Source of the DNA: Octopus sinensis
Lineage: Eukaryota
Direction of reading: 5' to 3'
Length of the DNA stretch: 64,000 nucleotides
Assembly: GCF_006345805.1 (NCBI RefSeq)
Contig: NC_043012.1
Location: forward strand, 41,602,001 to 41,666,000
The notes beneath the pieces are model-generated. The model was not told where the DNA came from. It worked only from the letters and a program-made list of their open reading frames with translations, and ran no database searches. The translations under genes were made by a program, and so were the position numbers. Numbering within the stretch: the first letter of the stretch is position 1; each line of letters begins with the position of its first letter. Below, in pieces: positions 13,281-27,419 of this stretch.

Positions 13281-13989
13281 GACCGAATAGATAATAAATG
13301 TCATACTTGTATGTGGGTGGTTCGTCTCCTATCACCAGCACTGACTGTTCTTGATCAAAATTACTTCCCTCGTTACAATTTGTCGATGTTGCTGTTTATC
13401 TCCTAGCTGCCCTAAATGGAAAATTGAAAGGCTGAAAGCTAATCCAGGTATGAAAGCTGGTTTTTATTTACCTGTTTGCCTACGCCTACACAATCCAATG
13501 TAATCTTTCTCTTTGGTAGATACATTTCCAGGAAGATGTAGCAACTACGTCCAGCAACTTCAGTGGTCACTTAGAACATAATTTGTGAGCAAGTTTAGCC
13601 GCAACTCTCTACTGTGGCTGTTGTACGTAAATGCCAGAAAAACAGCAGTAATATGCAAGATAGACTTAGATCAGTCTATTCGGCGATGTTGTTCGAAATC
13701 AGAGGCAGATTATAGATTCAAAATATACAGTAAATATTATCGGAAAGTGATATCCACCCGCTCCATTGAATGACGATCAAGCTTATCATGTGACCTCCAG
13801 AATTCAGCAAGAACCAGACAGCTGCAGTCATTCTGTACCAAGTCTCGTCTTTCTATTAACGCTGGTGAAATACAGCCGATAGAGCATTGATTCTTGAATA
13901 TCTCTGCAGTGTATCGTCGACTACACACTACACATATTCTCATATGATCGAAGAGACGCACATCTGTACATATGTGTATTTATGAAGTA

Positions 13990-14028
<39 letters not shown>

Positions 14029-14063
14029 ATATGTGTGTGTGGTGTGGTGTGTGTGTGTGGTGG

Positions 14064-14096
<33 letters not shown>

Positions 14097-14735
14097 CTAG
14101 CAGTATCGCCCGGCGTTGCTCGGGTTTGTAAAGGAAATAACTATATAAGCATTTTTAGAGAGTTATAGCCAAAAAATAGCAAAAAATGCATTAAAAATGG
14201 AAAAAATATGATGGTAAATTTTTTTTTAAATCGTTGACTCATCGTAGACATTTTTAGAGAGTTACTTCCCTTATATAATAGCGAAAAAATGCATTAAAAA
14301 TGGAAAAAAAAACGATGGTAAATTTTTTTTTAAATCGTAGACTCATGTAGACGCTTTCTTAGCCATTTCTGTTTTGGTGTGTTTCAAGCCATGAAGTCGT
14401 TGTTCTAAAAGAACGCTGGTCTCCTTGACAACGCATTACGACGTTGATTTCCTTACACTCCCTTCCCCACAGGTGCAGGTGTGAGCGTGGACGCCAACTC
14501 CGCCGCCATCGACACACGAAAATTATTCATTAAAATGGAATAAAAAATGATGTTAAATTATTTTTAAAATCGTAGACTCATCGTAGACGCGCGCTAATAT
14601 TCAGACGGGCTCGATATGAATCACGACTATAAGCTACCCGAATTTGGTTAAACTGCACCGCAAAATGTGGGAGTAGTTAGGAATCTAAATCGAAGGGGAC
14701 AGACACTCACACAACTACAGTTTTATATATATAGA
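14097..14735 (-). mobile_element. Non-autonomous Helitron (longest copy, 639 bp)
   Basis: A|TCTATATATATAAAACTG 5' end; 3' hairpin plus CTAG|T. Confidence 0.9.
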
Positions 14736-14774
14736 TATACATAGTGCAGTAGTGGTGAGATGTGACAGCAAAGA

Positions 14775-15020
14775 AAAGCATACATTCACTCTCTGCATGC
14801 AATTAGACTCGGAAAGTTCGTGAGGAACCCATTGACCCAATTTGCTGACTTTTCCGATAGCACACAGGTCTCAATGAATGTTTGAATGACCAAATCCAAG
14901 CTTCTCTGCTAGTTCCTCAACAGTTTTACGATGAGATTTTGTTCCACCAGGGTTTTCAGGATGTCCTTGTCGAGTTCTACAGATCTTTCAGGATGAGGCT
15001 CGTCTTCTAGGCTGTAGTGT
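14775..15020 (-). mobile_element. Mariner transposase N-terminal fragment
   Basis: Minus-strand translation SLEDEPHPERS...TVEELAEKLG...KLGQWVPHELSE contains the mariner WVPHEL motif. Confidence 0.85.
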
Positions 15021-15424
15021 ATGGCTCGGGATTTCTGGAACCACCATTGACACTGCCTTACGCTTATTGTCCATCCCCATATACTGCATTAATATTTCTT
15101 GTACTTTGCACACATTTATATTCTGTTATTCTTTTATATGTTTCAGCCTTGAGGTTGTGGCCATGCTGGATCATGTGTGTGTGTGTGTGTGTGTCTATCT
15201 GTCTGTCTGTCTGTATGTATATATGTATATGTATGTGTGTGAACAATAATATTTTCAACAGATGTGTTGCAAATGTATCTGATTGTTCTCAAGCTTCAAT
15301 ACTGTGTGTGTGTATGTGTGTGTATGTATGTATGTATATGTATGTATGTATATGTATGTATGTATGTATGTGTGTATGTATGTATGTGTGTGTGTATGTA
15401 TGTGTGTGTGTATGTGTGTGTGTG

Positions 15425-15456
<32 letters not shown>

Positions 15457-16252
15457 TGTATGTATGTATGTATGAGTGTATGTTTACTTTATTACTAACA
15501 CAAGCCACTACGGTTATTTAATGAAAGTCTTCCTCAAATCACTCTCTCTCTCTCTCTCGCTATTTACTCTCTTCCAAGAACATTTTCACTCACTCTTAGC
15601 TCTTAGCTTCCCATACATTTTACTCATGTATCTATCAGCGTCATAGACAGAATACTTTCAGTTTAGTCTTCCTCAAATCACTCTGTCGCTATTTACTTTC
15701 ATTTTATCCGTTGCCCACTGTGTGTGTGCGTTTGCGTGTGGTGTAAACCAGACTAAGAAAAGCATTTGACACACACACCAGAATGTGAGTTTTCTGTAAA
15801 TTTTGCTTAATTGGAGTTTAAATTTTAAAAAATGGACCTGGCATGACGCGATGCATTGTACTCTTAAAACTGCTAGGTAAATTATAATTGAAGAAATCCT
15901 ATATTGTAGATTTGTATAACTCCCAAAGGGAGGCAGATAAAATCTGCCTTTTATAATAAGATATATATATATATATATGGCATTGAAATTCACAAGTCTC
16001 CGATATCCAAGTAGCTAAGATTGTCAGCGGAGGGAATTCAGGTGCCATGACCGGGGTGTAGCCCGCTTCCTTTAGTGTGTAAGACGTTAAGGGCCGAAAA
16101 ACTTGCCTGGGTGGTCTTTCATCTCTGAGGACGTTCTACTGTTCAGCTCCAATTGAGAGTTACTTATCTGTCTCTTTCTTTCTTTCTCCCTCTCTCTCCC
16201 GTTCTGTTTATATATATATATTAATATATATATCATATTATATATATATATA

Positions 16253-16795
16253 TATACAATAATATGTTACATTACTCGATAGTCAAGATATGCGACATTG
16301 AGAGATGGCTTATCTGGAAAAGCAGCTTAGACCTACTACATGTCTAAACACAAGGACAGAACTTTTCGGATCATGCCCACATGTGACTAAATTTCTGTTA
16401 CGTTTTTGGTCCCCTAAAGAAAACAGATAGAACATGCTTTCTATGTTATGTCCCAAGAAGATTTTATATATTTTTATATATTTTTTATATATTTTTTATG
16501 TATTTTTATATAATTTTTATGACGAAAAATGCGAGCGATGTATAAGTACGCAGGCAAGCAGAGTTATAACAGAGTAATTTCCCTTTGTATAACGGTATTT
16601 TTTCATAGCATTTTCAAATAGCCAGATGACCGAAGAGATGGTGTTATGGATTTCCACTTCGGCATCTGAAACTCAGAGTTTTATCTTGACTATCGAGTAA
16701 TGTAACATATTATTGTATAGATAAATTTCCTCTATTTACATAATATTGAGGTCTCTTTCTTTCTCTTGTTATCTTACCGTTTTACAATATATTAA
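16253..16795 (+). mobile_element. Penelope-like terminal repeat (pLTR) remnant with a short inverted copy at its left end
   Basis: 16600-16790 matches 63287-63562; 16253-16290 is the reverse complement of 16682-16719; both ends are flanked by (TA)n; contains a hammerhead motif. Confidence 0.7.
16622..16688 (+). ncRNA. Type I hammerhead ribozyme motif, U4C core variant
   Basis: Stem I CCAGAUGA/UUAUCUUG; core CCGAAGA; stem II GAUG/CAUC; GAAA; stem III ACUC-A-GAGU; U17 at 16680. Confidence 0.65.
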
Positions 16796-16796
16796 A

Positions 16797-16831
<35 letters not shown>

Positions 16832-16835
16832 AGAT

Positions 16836-16866
<31 letters not shown>

Positions 16867-17008
16867 CACACTGCATTCCCAAATTAGAAACAGCTGTAAG
16901 AGCGGAGTTATTTATTCATTTATACCAGTGATTATAGTAAATAAATTTTGCTGATGTCTGTCGATCGAATCTCTCTCTGTCTTTCTCTCTCTCTCCCTCC
17001 CTCTCTCA

Positions 17009-17055
<47 letters not shown>

Positions 17056-17814
17056 CAGTATGTGTGTCTGTTGTGGCTTTTTAATGCGTTTTTTTCTTTA
17101 TTTCTTAGGGAATCGGCAGACTGAGATCTGAGAGATGGCAGTTTTAGTTGGAGAGAACGACTATGACGAATACAAAGGGATTTCGAGAAGTGTATTGTGT
17201 TTGATTTCTAATTAGAATTATATTTCTTTTCGTAAGTAATTTATGCGTATTTGTTCATAAGGGGAGGGGGACAAGCGAGGGTGTATGCGTAAAAGTAAAC
17301 AGAAACGTAAATAAATGGTTTGTTTTGGTAATCAGAAGTCAATTCTAAGGAAGTCTCTTGTGGCTGATAACGGCAATTAAGTAAGGAAAGATGGCGGGGG
17401 TTATCGTTACGTTTTCTCAGTTTGGTTAATTTGGAAGAATCGGAGTCTTTGTTGTATAAAATCCAAATTTGGCAATCAAGGTCAGAGGCCATCTGTCCGA
17501 TTGAGTGTTGTGTGCTTGAAGAATCTGGAGATACGAGTGTCTGATTTAATCGTCAAAGAAGAATTTCAAGCTTTGTTAATTTGTTTTCGATGTAATGAAG
17601 TTTGTTTCGTGTAATGTGATGGATGGGTTTCACAAATTCACAAGTTGATTATTCTATTTATTTCAGGTGATTATATTAATAAGAGGTGAATCGGCAAGCG
17701 AGCCAGAAAACTGTTTGTTTTCAAGTATGAGGGCGGGCTGAATGTACGAAATCTTAGCCATTGTGTGAAGGGGTTAACAAACACTATTAGATTATGATTC
17801 TTCTCTATGTATAT

Positions 17815-18022
17815 GTTGCTATATCTATGTTTCTCCTCACACCATCATTTCACAACCGATGTTGGTGTGTTTACGTCTCCATAACTTAGCGGTTCGGCAA
17901 AAGAGACGGATAGAATAAGTACTAGGCTTACGAAGAATAAGTCCTGGGGTCGATTTGTTCGACTAAAGGCGCTGCTCCAGCATGGCCGCAGTCAGAATGA
18001 TTGAAACAAGTAAAAGAGTTTA
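17815..18022 (+). mobile_element. Family B SINE, 3' half
   Basis: 'aacttagcggttcggcaaaagagac..tagaataagtact...gctccagcatggccgcagtc'. Confidence 0.85.
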
Positions 18023-18579
18023 TATGAATATATATACCACTACCAAGGCTTGATAAATGGTGTTGAGGTTTTTTTTATGTCGTCTTAACATAGCGGTTCG
18101 GCAAATTAAACCGATGGAATAATTCCAGGCTTTCAAAAACAAGTAGGTCGCCTCGTTCGACATTCTTTAATGCTATGCCCCAGCATGGCCAGAATCTCCT
18201 ACCCAAAGCCATTAAAAGATACAGATCAAATACGTACATACATGGCCGCAAATACATACATACATACATAAATAGAAAACAAAAATACCCTGTTGTTGAT
18301 GATGAAATTCAAACGAAGGAGCCTTGGATCTAGGTTAGAAACCGGTTCTTTCTCTATAGGCAAATAAATCTTGAAATAAACTGAATAATGACATACATAC
18401 AATGTACTGCAGCAAATCATATAGAAAGAAGATAAAGATAAGAATACGCATGAAATTTTGGAGGTGGATGATCAACAATACATTATGAAACCCATTGGTG
18501 CGCTCTGATAACAAAAGACATATCAGGGAAGTAGAGCAGAGTATCATTGTGTACGTTGGACAGAGAGCCTATATTCGTT

Positions 18580-18809
18580 TATTCTTTTGCATGTTTCAGT
18601 CAGTTGACTGCGGCCATGCTGGAGCACTGCCTTTAGTCGAGCAAATCGACCACAAGACTTATTCTTTGTAAGCCTAGTACTTATTCTATCAGTCTCTTTT
18701 GCCGAACCGCTAAGTTACGGTGACGTTAACACACCAGCATTGGTCGCGAAGCGAGCTTGTAGGTGGGCCAAATACAAACACACAAACATATTCACATACA
18801 CGCGCGCGC

Positions 18810-18840
<31 letters not shown>

Positions 18841-18995
18841 CGACGGGCTTCTTCCAGTTTCCATCAACCAAATCCGCTCACAAGGCTTTGGTAGGCCCGA
18901 GGCTCTAGTAGAAAACATGCCCATTGTGCCACGCAGTGGGACTGAACCCAGAATCATTTGGTTGGAAGCAAGCTACTCACCACACAGCCACTTCT
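18580..18995 (-). mobile_element. Family B SINE, full length
   Basis: Reverse complement of 49727-50125. Confidence 0.88.
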
Positions 18996-19557
18996 GATGT
19001 AGAAATGTGATTTACTGAGGATGTAATTTTGAAAAATTTACGCAGAGGATGGCATCGAATTTTGGAACGTTACTACGAAGAGCCGCTGGGAATTAATAAA
19101 ACCATTCTTCAATGTGCAGCTAAGGTATTGCAATTATATAGACGTTGTTGTATAATATTATTGTTGTTGCCGAAATGCGGGTATATAAATGAACTCATAT
19201 GTGGAAATCAGGGTGTCGTGTATTATTTTGTGTTAGCGGTGGGGATTTTTTATTCAGTTTCACGGCGTTGAGTTTTCTGCAATTGCGAAATGAAATTCAG
19301 TTCATGCTTGATTGCTTTAGAGTATTTTTTGGTGTTGAAGATGCGGAAAAATTGAAGGATGATGCTGAGGTGTACGAAAATTCTATACCTGGGATGCTTC
19401 ACACACAAACTCACACACACACAAACACAAACTCACACACACACACGCGCGCACACACACACACATATATATATACACAAAAATATGCTTACATATATTT
19501 ATGCATGTATCAGTATATACATAGATATCTAAACATATATACACACACAAACACACA

Positions 19558-19659
<102 letters not shown>

Positions 19660-19904
19660 TGTATGTATGTATGTATGTATCGATGGATGGATGGATGGAT
19701 GGTGTCTTCTGATTTTAGTAATATAAATTCTTCGGCTGAGGGTGGAACTGGTTTCTAATAAGAATACAAAGCTCAGTCATTGGAATGTATATAAAAATAA
19801 TATCACTTTTCAAACTTGAGAAAAGTCTTGCATACATTTACTGTTCCGCTTACAGATTGTATTTGAAATATGAGAGTTAGTGGGATGATATTTTTAATCT
19901 TTTG

Positions 19905-20274
19905 CTTGTTTCAGTCATTGGACGGCAGCCATGCCGAAGCACCGCCTTCAGACGAACAAATTGGACTTATTCTTTGTAAGCCTAGTTCTTATTTTATCGG
20001 TCACTTTTGCCGAACCGTTAAGTGACGGCAACGTAAACACACCAGCATCGCTTGTCGAGCGATGGTGGGGGAAGGGACGAACACAGACACACAAACACAA
20101 ACACACACACACACACAAATATATATACATATATACGACGGGCTTCTTTCAGTTTCCGTTTACCAAATTTACTCACAAGGCTCTGGTCGGCCCGAGGCTA
20201 TAGTAGAAGACACTTGTCCAAGGTGCCACGCAGTGGAACTGAACCCGGAACCATGTGGTTGGTAAGCAAGCTAC
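19905..20274 (-). mobile_element. Family B SINE with head interrupted by the ORF1-only element
   Basis: Body is intact; similarity stops within the tRNA-like head at about 20275. Confidence 0.85.
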
Positions 20275-20400
20275 TTTATTTCATAAAAATTGCCATAAAG
20301 GCATTACAAAGAGTAGCTGCGGGCTGAACATATACATTGATGAGGTGAATGATGAAATAAGGATGATATTGATGTTTTTTTAAACAGAATAAACAAAGCG

Positions 20401-20756
20401 AGGTATTGAACCTATCACAACGGTTTTTACAGTGTTTGGACTTATTAGTCCATTAGACATATTAACATGCAAAAAATATTCAATATACAATCAACGCTAG
20501 TCCATTTACAAATGAGGCGCTGGGCCTCTTACACTTTATAACAGTGAGGCTTTTCAACCTCTCGTCAATTTTTCACCTCAACTAGGTATTGAACATCTTA
20601 CCACAGTTCTTACAATTATTGGACTTAATAGTCAATAACATGCAATAATATACAATGAAATATTCAATATACAATCAACACTAGTCCATTTACAAATGAG
20701 GCGCTGAGCCTCTTACACATTATAACACTGAGGCTTTTCAACCTCTTGTCAATTTT
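20401..20756. repeat. Two diverged tandem copies of a unit of about 183 bp
   Basis: 'aggtattgaac' at 20401 and 20584; both units end 'aacctct.gtcaatttt'. Confidence 0.9.
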
Positions 20757-21571
20757 CCATAATCGCATAATCGCTTGTGTCCGTGTATTCCGCCATAGCC
20801 CATGCTTCGATTAAAATCAAGGCGAGTTCCGAGTTGGCGTCACCCGGCCACGAGCGATATTCTTTTTTTAGTCCCTTCAGCAACGTTATGACCTCCACAG
20901 CTATCTGCGGAGGCCATTCGGGGTCCTGTGTGAAGGCCAAAGGTAATCCCTTGTAACGTTCTTTCACTATCTTTTCCACCTCTCCGCCCCTATAAAAGAA
21001 GACCGACAGTTTCAGGTCCATCGGATCCGGGTCGGTCAATTTTCCCGTTGCCGGCACAATTCCCGCCAATGGAGTCCCTCCCCCCTCCGGTGGCACAACC
21101 GACGAAGCTCCGTGACACTCCGGCGTCATGTCTCTGACTGCCGGCAATGTCCCGTTTCTCCTCCTCTTCCTCTGTTTTTTCTTCTCGACTGGTGGAGGGT
21201 GCGTCTTCTCCGTGACCTGGAGATTCGCCTCCCCTCCCACATCCCCAGGATCCTTCGGTGAGCAACCATTATTGCTCTCCTTCTTCCTTTTGCGGATCTT
21301 CTTTGAGGAGTCCGCCGTCTCTTCGACCGCTTTCATTTCTTCCTCTACAGAGGTCACCATCAACCGCACCGGGACTTTGCTTTGCCCTTGAGAACAGTTC
21401 TTTTTTATATGGCCAGGCTTCAAGCACCGATGACACTTGGGGCGGGGTGCGTCCCTCAAGATTCACCAGATACTTAGACCCGGCCATTCTCAAAGTTGCG
21501 GCCACCAACGGAGCCGCAAATGCAATATATAAGTTTGTCCTGGAGCGCACAATGTTCCTCAAGATCAGCAA
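20749..21571 (-). pseudogene. Gag-like LINE ORF1 with CCHC zinc knuckle and one frameshift
   Basis: LRMAGSKYLVNLEGRTP, a 1-bp frameshift at about 21439-21447, then PKCHRCLKPGHIKKNC (C-X2-C-X4-H-X4-C). Open for 236 codons to the stop at 20749. Confidence 0.75.
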
Positions 21572-21774
21572 TGGTTTTCCTCGCTCACGAGTGGACGGCC
21601 ATCATGTATGTATGTAAACATGGATTCATTCTGCCTCTCCAGCGATCGTTCGTTCGTTCTCTCATTCTCACTATTTATATATGTTTGCTATTTTCACCCT
21701 CTCTCTCATGTATATTCATTTTTATTTTCTTTTATCTAGTTTCAGCTCTCGAGCTGTGGCCATATACGTATATA

Positions 21775-22100
21775 TACGTAGGATTCTGTGGGTTACGACG
21801 AAGAGGGGCCCAGCTGATACGAACAACGGAACAACTTCCTAGTGAAATTGACGTACAAGTGGCTGAGAACTCCACAGACACGTGTACCCTTAATGTAATT
21901 CTCAGGGAGATCCAGCGGGGCACACAGTGTGACAAAGCTGGCCCCTTTGAAATACAAGTACAACTCATTTGTGGCAACTGAATGGACTGGAACAACTTCA
22001 AATAAAGTGTCTTGCTCAAGGACACAACGCGTTGCCGGGAATTGAACTCACAAACTTACAATTGTGAGCCGAATGCCCTGACCACTAAGCCACACGCCTT
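21775..22100 (-). mobile_element. Family C SINE
   Basis: Shared core and tRNA-like head 'gggaattgaactc...accactaagccac'. Confidence 0.85.
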
Positions 22101-22256
22101 CACACACACACATATATATATATACACAAACATATATATAATACCATTCGAAGAATCATAAAAGTGTGTGTGTGTGTCTGTGCGTGCGTGCATCTGTCTG
22201 TGTGAATGTGTGTGTGTGAGTGTGTGTGTGTGTGTGTGTCTGTGCGTGCGTACGTC

Positions 22257-22297
<41 letters not shown>

Positions 22298-23443
22298 ATG
22301 CGTCTATGCTTTTGTGTCTGTGTGTGAGTGTATGCATACAATACTGATCCAATGTTAAAACAATCTACATTTCCGATTGCCGATAATATGTATTGTCTTC
22401 ATTCTTTTTGAGGCCCGCAAATTGATCTTTAACAATCCTAACCGACGTCAACGCAAACACAATCATTTACAACTCATGTCTGTAATGGGTTACGACCGCT
22501 GAAAATTCACTGAAATCATGTAAATTCAAGAATTAGCATTTCTCTTCACGGATCATAATGGAATTGAAATATTTATAGATTACTTAATAAATTTACAAGT
22601 TTTATTCGGTAATTATTCAAAAGGAGACTTTTGGGAAATAGTTCTTCGCATCTGTTCTTCCAGAAATTATAAAGTTTATTTGAAGTTTAGACAGATGCAT
22701 GCATAATTACACATATCCATGTATGTATATCTATATGCGTACATACACGCATATATATATATGTATATATATGTATATATGCATATGTAATATGCATATA
22801 TATACATAGATATATGTTCATACATACATATACATATATATACACACATGTATATACAAATTATATATATATTAATAATATATATATATATATATATATT
22901 ATATATAATAAACATATATATATATATATATATATACATATATAATATACATTTATGTATATCAATATTTACACACTCACACACACATACACACACACAC
23001 ACATCTAATATATATATATATATATATATATAGCCATAGATAATATACATATAACTACATATATATACATATAACTACATATATATGCATATATATATAT
23101 ATAGATATATATGTACATGCATATAGATATACATGCACATATATATACATGTATATATGTTTATATACAATATATATATATAATAAAATTAAATATCCCT
23201 AATATTATGTATATATATATTCATGCATATATAAATATATACATATATATATATTTATATATATGCATATATATATATATACAACATACATATAATATAT
23301 ATATTATACATATTTACATATATATGTACATATACATATATACATATGTATATATAGATATATGCACACACATATATATATAAATTTACAGATAAGTACA
23401 TATACATATACATATTATATGCATATTATATAATATATATATA

Positions 23444-23499
<56 letters not shown>

Positions 23500-23751
23500 G
23501 AATGTTTCTGTATGTATGTGTAATTGTTACCCTATGCATGAAAACAAAGGAGATTTACTAAATAGAGGAATCGATCAACGCCAAGCGTCTTATATTTAAT
23601 ATAAATTTATTGCAGCGCAATTTTTCGCGCGTCTACCAGCATCTCTCTGGATTATTAGAAATATGGAAATATGATGGAAACCTGAAGAAATTTTATAAGT
23701 CTCTGTCATTAAAATCAAAATACATACACACGCACATACAAACACACACAG

Positions 23752-23794
<43 letters not shown>

Positions 23795-23994
23795 TATATA
23801 TTTATATATATATATAATATATATATACATATATATATATATGTATATATATATATACATATACATACATATATATATATATACATATATATATAAAAAT
23901 ATATATATATATACATTCATATATATGAATATACATACTTTGATTTTAATTAATAATTTCAGATTGAGAGCTGCGTATATGCCGTAGTACTTCC

Positions 23995-25060
23995 TTTAGC
24001 TGTGCTTCACTTTCGCTACTTCAAAGCACTTCTGATATGTGGCATTTGGTGAACAAGGAATTTGAAGTTGCAGTCCTCATCTGCGTTCATTACAGGGGGG
24101 CAGGTTCGTCTGGAACTCTTGACAGGAGGGGATCCAGTTCTGCTTTGAAGATGCCTACATCCACCCCATGTGCTTCTCTCGGGCTCGCGGGGAAGGATGT
24201 TGAGGAGCTGTTGACCCTTGAAAGCCAAGCTGTTGCAGTGTCTGGTCTTGTATCCTGATGAAAAGGCTGTTGTTTATGCAAGTTTCAAAGCCAATTTCTG
24301 GTAAAGAATCATCTAGGCTTTGCCAAATACATATCGCTGCGTATCTTCCAGCCATCATTCTGAGTAGAGATTTTAACTTTTTAGTTTCTCGTAATAGCTC
24401 ACATATTACATTGAGACGATCTTCTTTGTGCATCTTCGCTGGATTGCTTCGATTTCCGTCCTCAGTTTTACATTGTGGTAATCAAACGTGTCAGAGATAA
24501 TCTAAACGGTTGAGAAGAAGACTGTCCTGTTTTCCGGTTCTCTCGTTCCGAAAGTTTTAAGCATTTATCTGGACGGCCGCCTGAATATTATTGCCAACTT
24601 AGTAATATTCACCTGGAAGATTGCATCATTACTTGTGTCAATGCCTAAGTTTCGCACTGATTTTGATTCCGAAATTGAAATCACTCCAGAGCCAGTGTAT
24701 CCTGCCAGCATTTCATTCCGCTTCGCGTTTTAGTAGCGCAGATTTTGGAATTTTCGAGTATTAAACTGCATGTTACTGCTTTCAACCCATCTATATATTG
24801 TGTCAAATACCTGTTGTAGGTGCGCATCAAATCCAGGGTTCTCTTTCTTCTGAGAGACACTTGCATCATCAGCATAGCAAGCAAGTGTGGCTATCTAAGC
24901 AGTTGAGGGCTTCTCTGAGAGTGCCACTATGAACAATTCACACCCCAAGACAGGGTCCTGTTGGACAGCACTCATTACCTTCTTTTCCTTGGCCAGCACT
25001 ACATGGCTTCTATCTTTTAGAAAGTTGTGTAATCACTCTCGACTTTGCCGAAATTATGCG
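23995..25060 (-). mobile_element. Decayed CR1/L2-group LINE 3' region
   Basis: LFIVALSE...TLACYADD (about 24860-24940), AFKGQQLLNILP, HGVDVGIFKAELDPLLSRVPDEP. Confidence 0.85.
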
Positions 25061-25571
25061 GCTTCTGACATTCCATACTATTACCGACTTTATTAAAGAC
25101 ATTTACAATGCCGAGATATATCACGTACACATTTCTGTTATTATCTGCTTTAACACCCAGTCGTAGAGTGCAAGAGATGCGTGTATAAATTTAGAAGTCA
25201 CTGTTAGTTTAGGCACTGCACTGACATGCGTATTAGTTTCCCAATTTCGAGGAGTATTTTTATTGTCATTAAAATTAAAATGTGTTTTAAAATATTCCAA
25301 AATAAATTCGTTCAATAATGGAATGAGAAAATCTAAGATACAAAATACAGCACAATTATTCAAATCATGATAGTTTTCTTTTGATTTGACAGAATTTTAT
25401 ACCATTCCATTCTACGTGTGACTGAAATCCATACCTTTACATAAATAATAGAATTGACACATCGCACTCTGTAAGTCTTGCGAGCATTGATCTTAACACC
25501 AAATATATTTGACATAAGTCAGGATTTGGTAAACACGTTAATTCAATTGTCACTGTTCGTACTGCATATGT

Positions 25572-25610
<39 letters not shown>

Positions 25611-26332
25611 CGCATGTGTGTGTGTGTGTGTGAGTACATACATATACTAAAAATGAAAAATAAGACAATGCATTGATAAAATTATCATGAATAACGAGTC
25701 AAAATATTTTCAAGTTTATCAAATTATGCTACCGGTTTCAGTCGTTGAAAACGGCGATTTAGTCATGCTGAAATGCAATGGCAAATAAGTTGATAGTCGT
25801 TAAATTAATCATTCACAATATCAATTTGAAAATCAGTGTGATTTTAATCTCCAAATAAAACAATATGTTATGAAGAAAACATATATCTTCATTTCAATAA
25901 TTTAAGTGAGGCTTAAATTGGTTTGCTAGCCTACCTTCATACACCTCAGAAGGACATACACAAAGCCCAGCGTAAACCGATGCTATCACGTTCACAAACA
26001 CACATACACACGCCCCTCATATAGATATATATAATATATTATATATATATATATATTCATATATGATTATGTGTATGCGTTATATATAAAATACATATGG
26101 ACGCCTATATATAAATACACACACACACATATATATATAAATTTTTATGCATATTAGAAATATGCATCCCATGAAAATATTTGTATGTGTATATACATAT
26201 ATTTTTACATATATTATATACTTAAATGAATGGTCGGTTACAACCTATATATATAGAAACACACACAGATACGGAGGCAGAGAAGAAGCAGAGAGATAGA
26301 TAGATATAGATATATAGTTAGATAATTACATG

Positions 26333-26630
<298 letters not shown>

Positions 26631-26731
26631 AAATACTATTTACTGAATCTCAGTTTTTTTATATGCTTGACCACTGGTGTTAAAATTGATGTTATCAAAT
26701 TAATATCCAATTTTTCACCCTCATTTTGATT

Positions 26732-26781
<50 letters not shown>

Positions 26782-27419
26782 CTCAGCGCGCGTGCGAGTT
26801 TATGTGTGCAAGTAGCCGCTTGTGTTTTGTGCGTGTGTGAGTAATATCATTAGATTAATGCAAAATAATACTAAAGTACGATTGTCTTCTCCGATCTATT
26901 ATCAATAAAAAAAACAGTTGTGGAAATACTCGTTCTTACCTATAATCACGCCGAAGGTGAATCGGTCGTAATGGGGGTGGGTGGGAATGATGTAGAAATG
27001 GTTAACAGATTATATACAGTATAATAGTCTGTGTTGTCTTGGTAGCCAACTTTTAAAGAAACAAGAAATTTTATTGGCCATATTCTATAAAACAAAGAAC
27101 ACTTATTGACATAAGTGTGCACTATAAGTATTCTAAACGTGTGGCGTTATTATTCGTATTATTGGTTTCAAATCCTAGCACAAGACCAAATATGGTTAGT
27201 TATATAAATAATAGTGATTCTTCTTCGATATAAAACATAACACGTGATCTATCTTGGTAGGTTGTACTGCAAGTTTAATATGAAGCTTAGAGAAGTGTGT
27301 GTTATATACATATATTGTGAACGGTGTAAGCAGCAAATTATATTTCTTTCTTTTGTCCACTGTTTACAAGCCATTCCATTTGTATGAATACATTCTATTT
27401 CAATTGTATATATGGAATA

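Larger units (their letters stand above)
20275..21600 (-). mobile_element. ORF1-only (HAL1-like) L1/Tx1-type non-LTR element, 5' truncated
   Basis: GC-rich ORF1 with a CCHC knuckle; no ORF2; tandem 3' UTR repeat; AATAAA at 20275-20280. Confidence 0.6.

Noticed and set aside
13400-13960. Possible ancient LINE RT remnant on the minus strand
   Set aside because: No intact diagnostic motif; needs a profile search.
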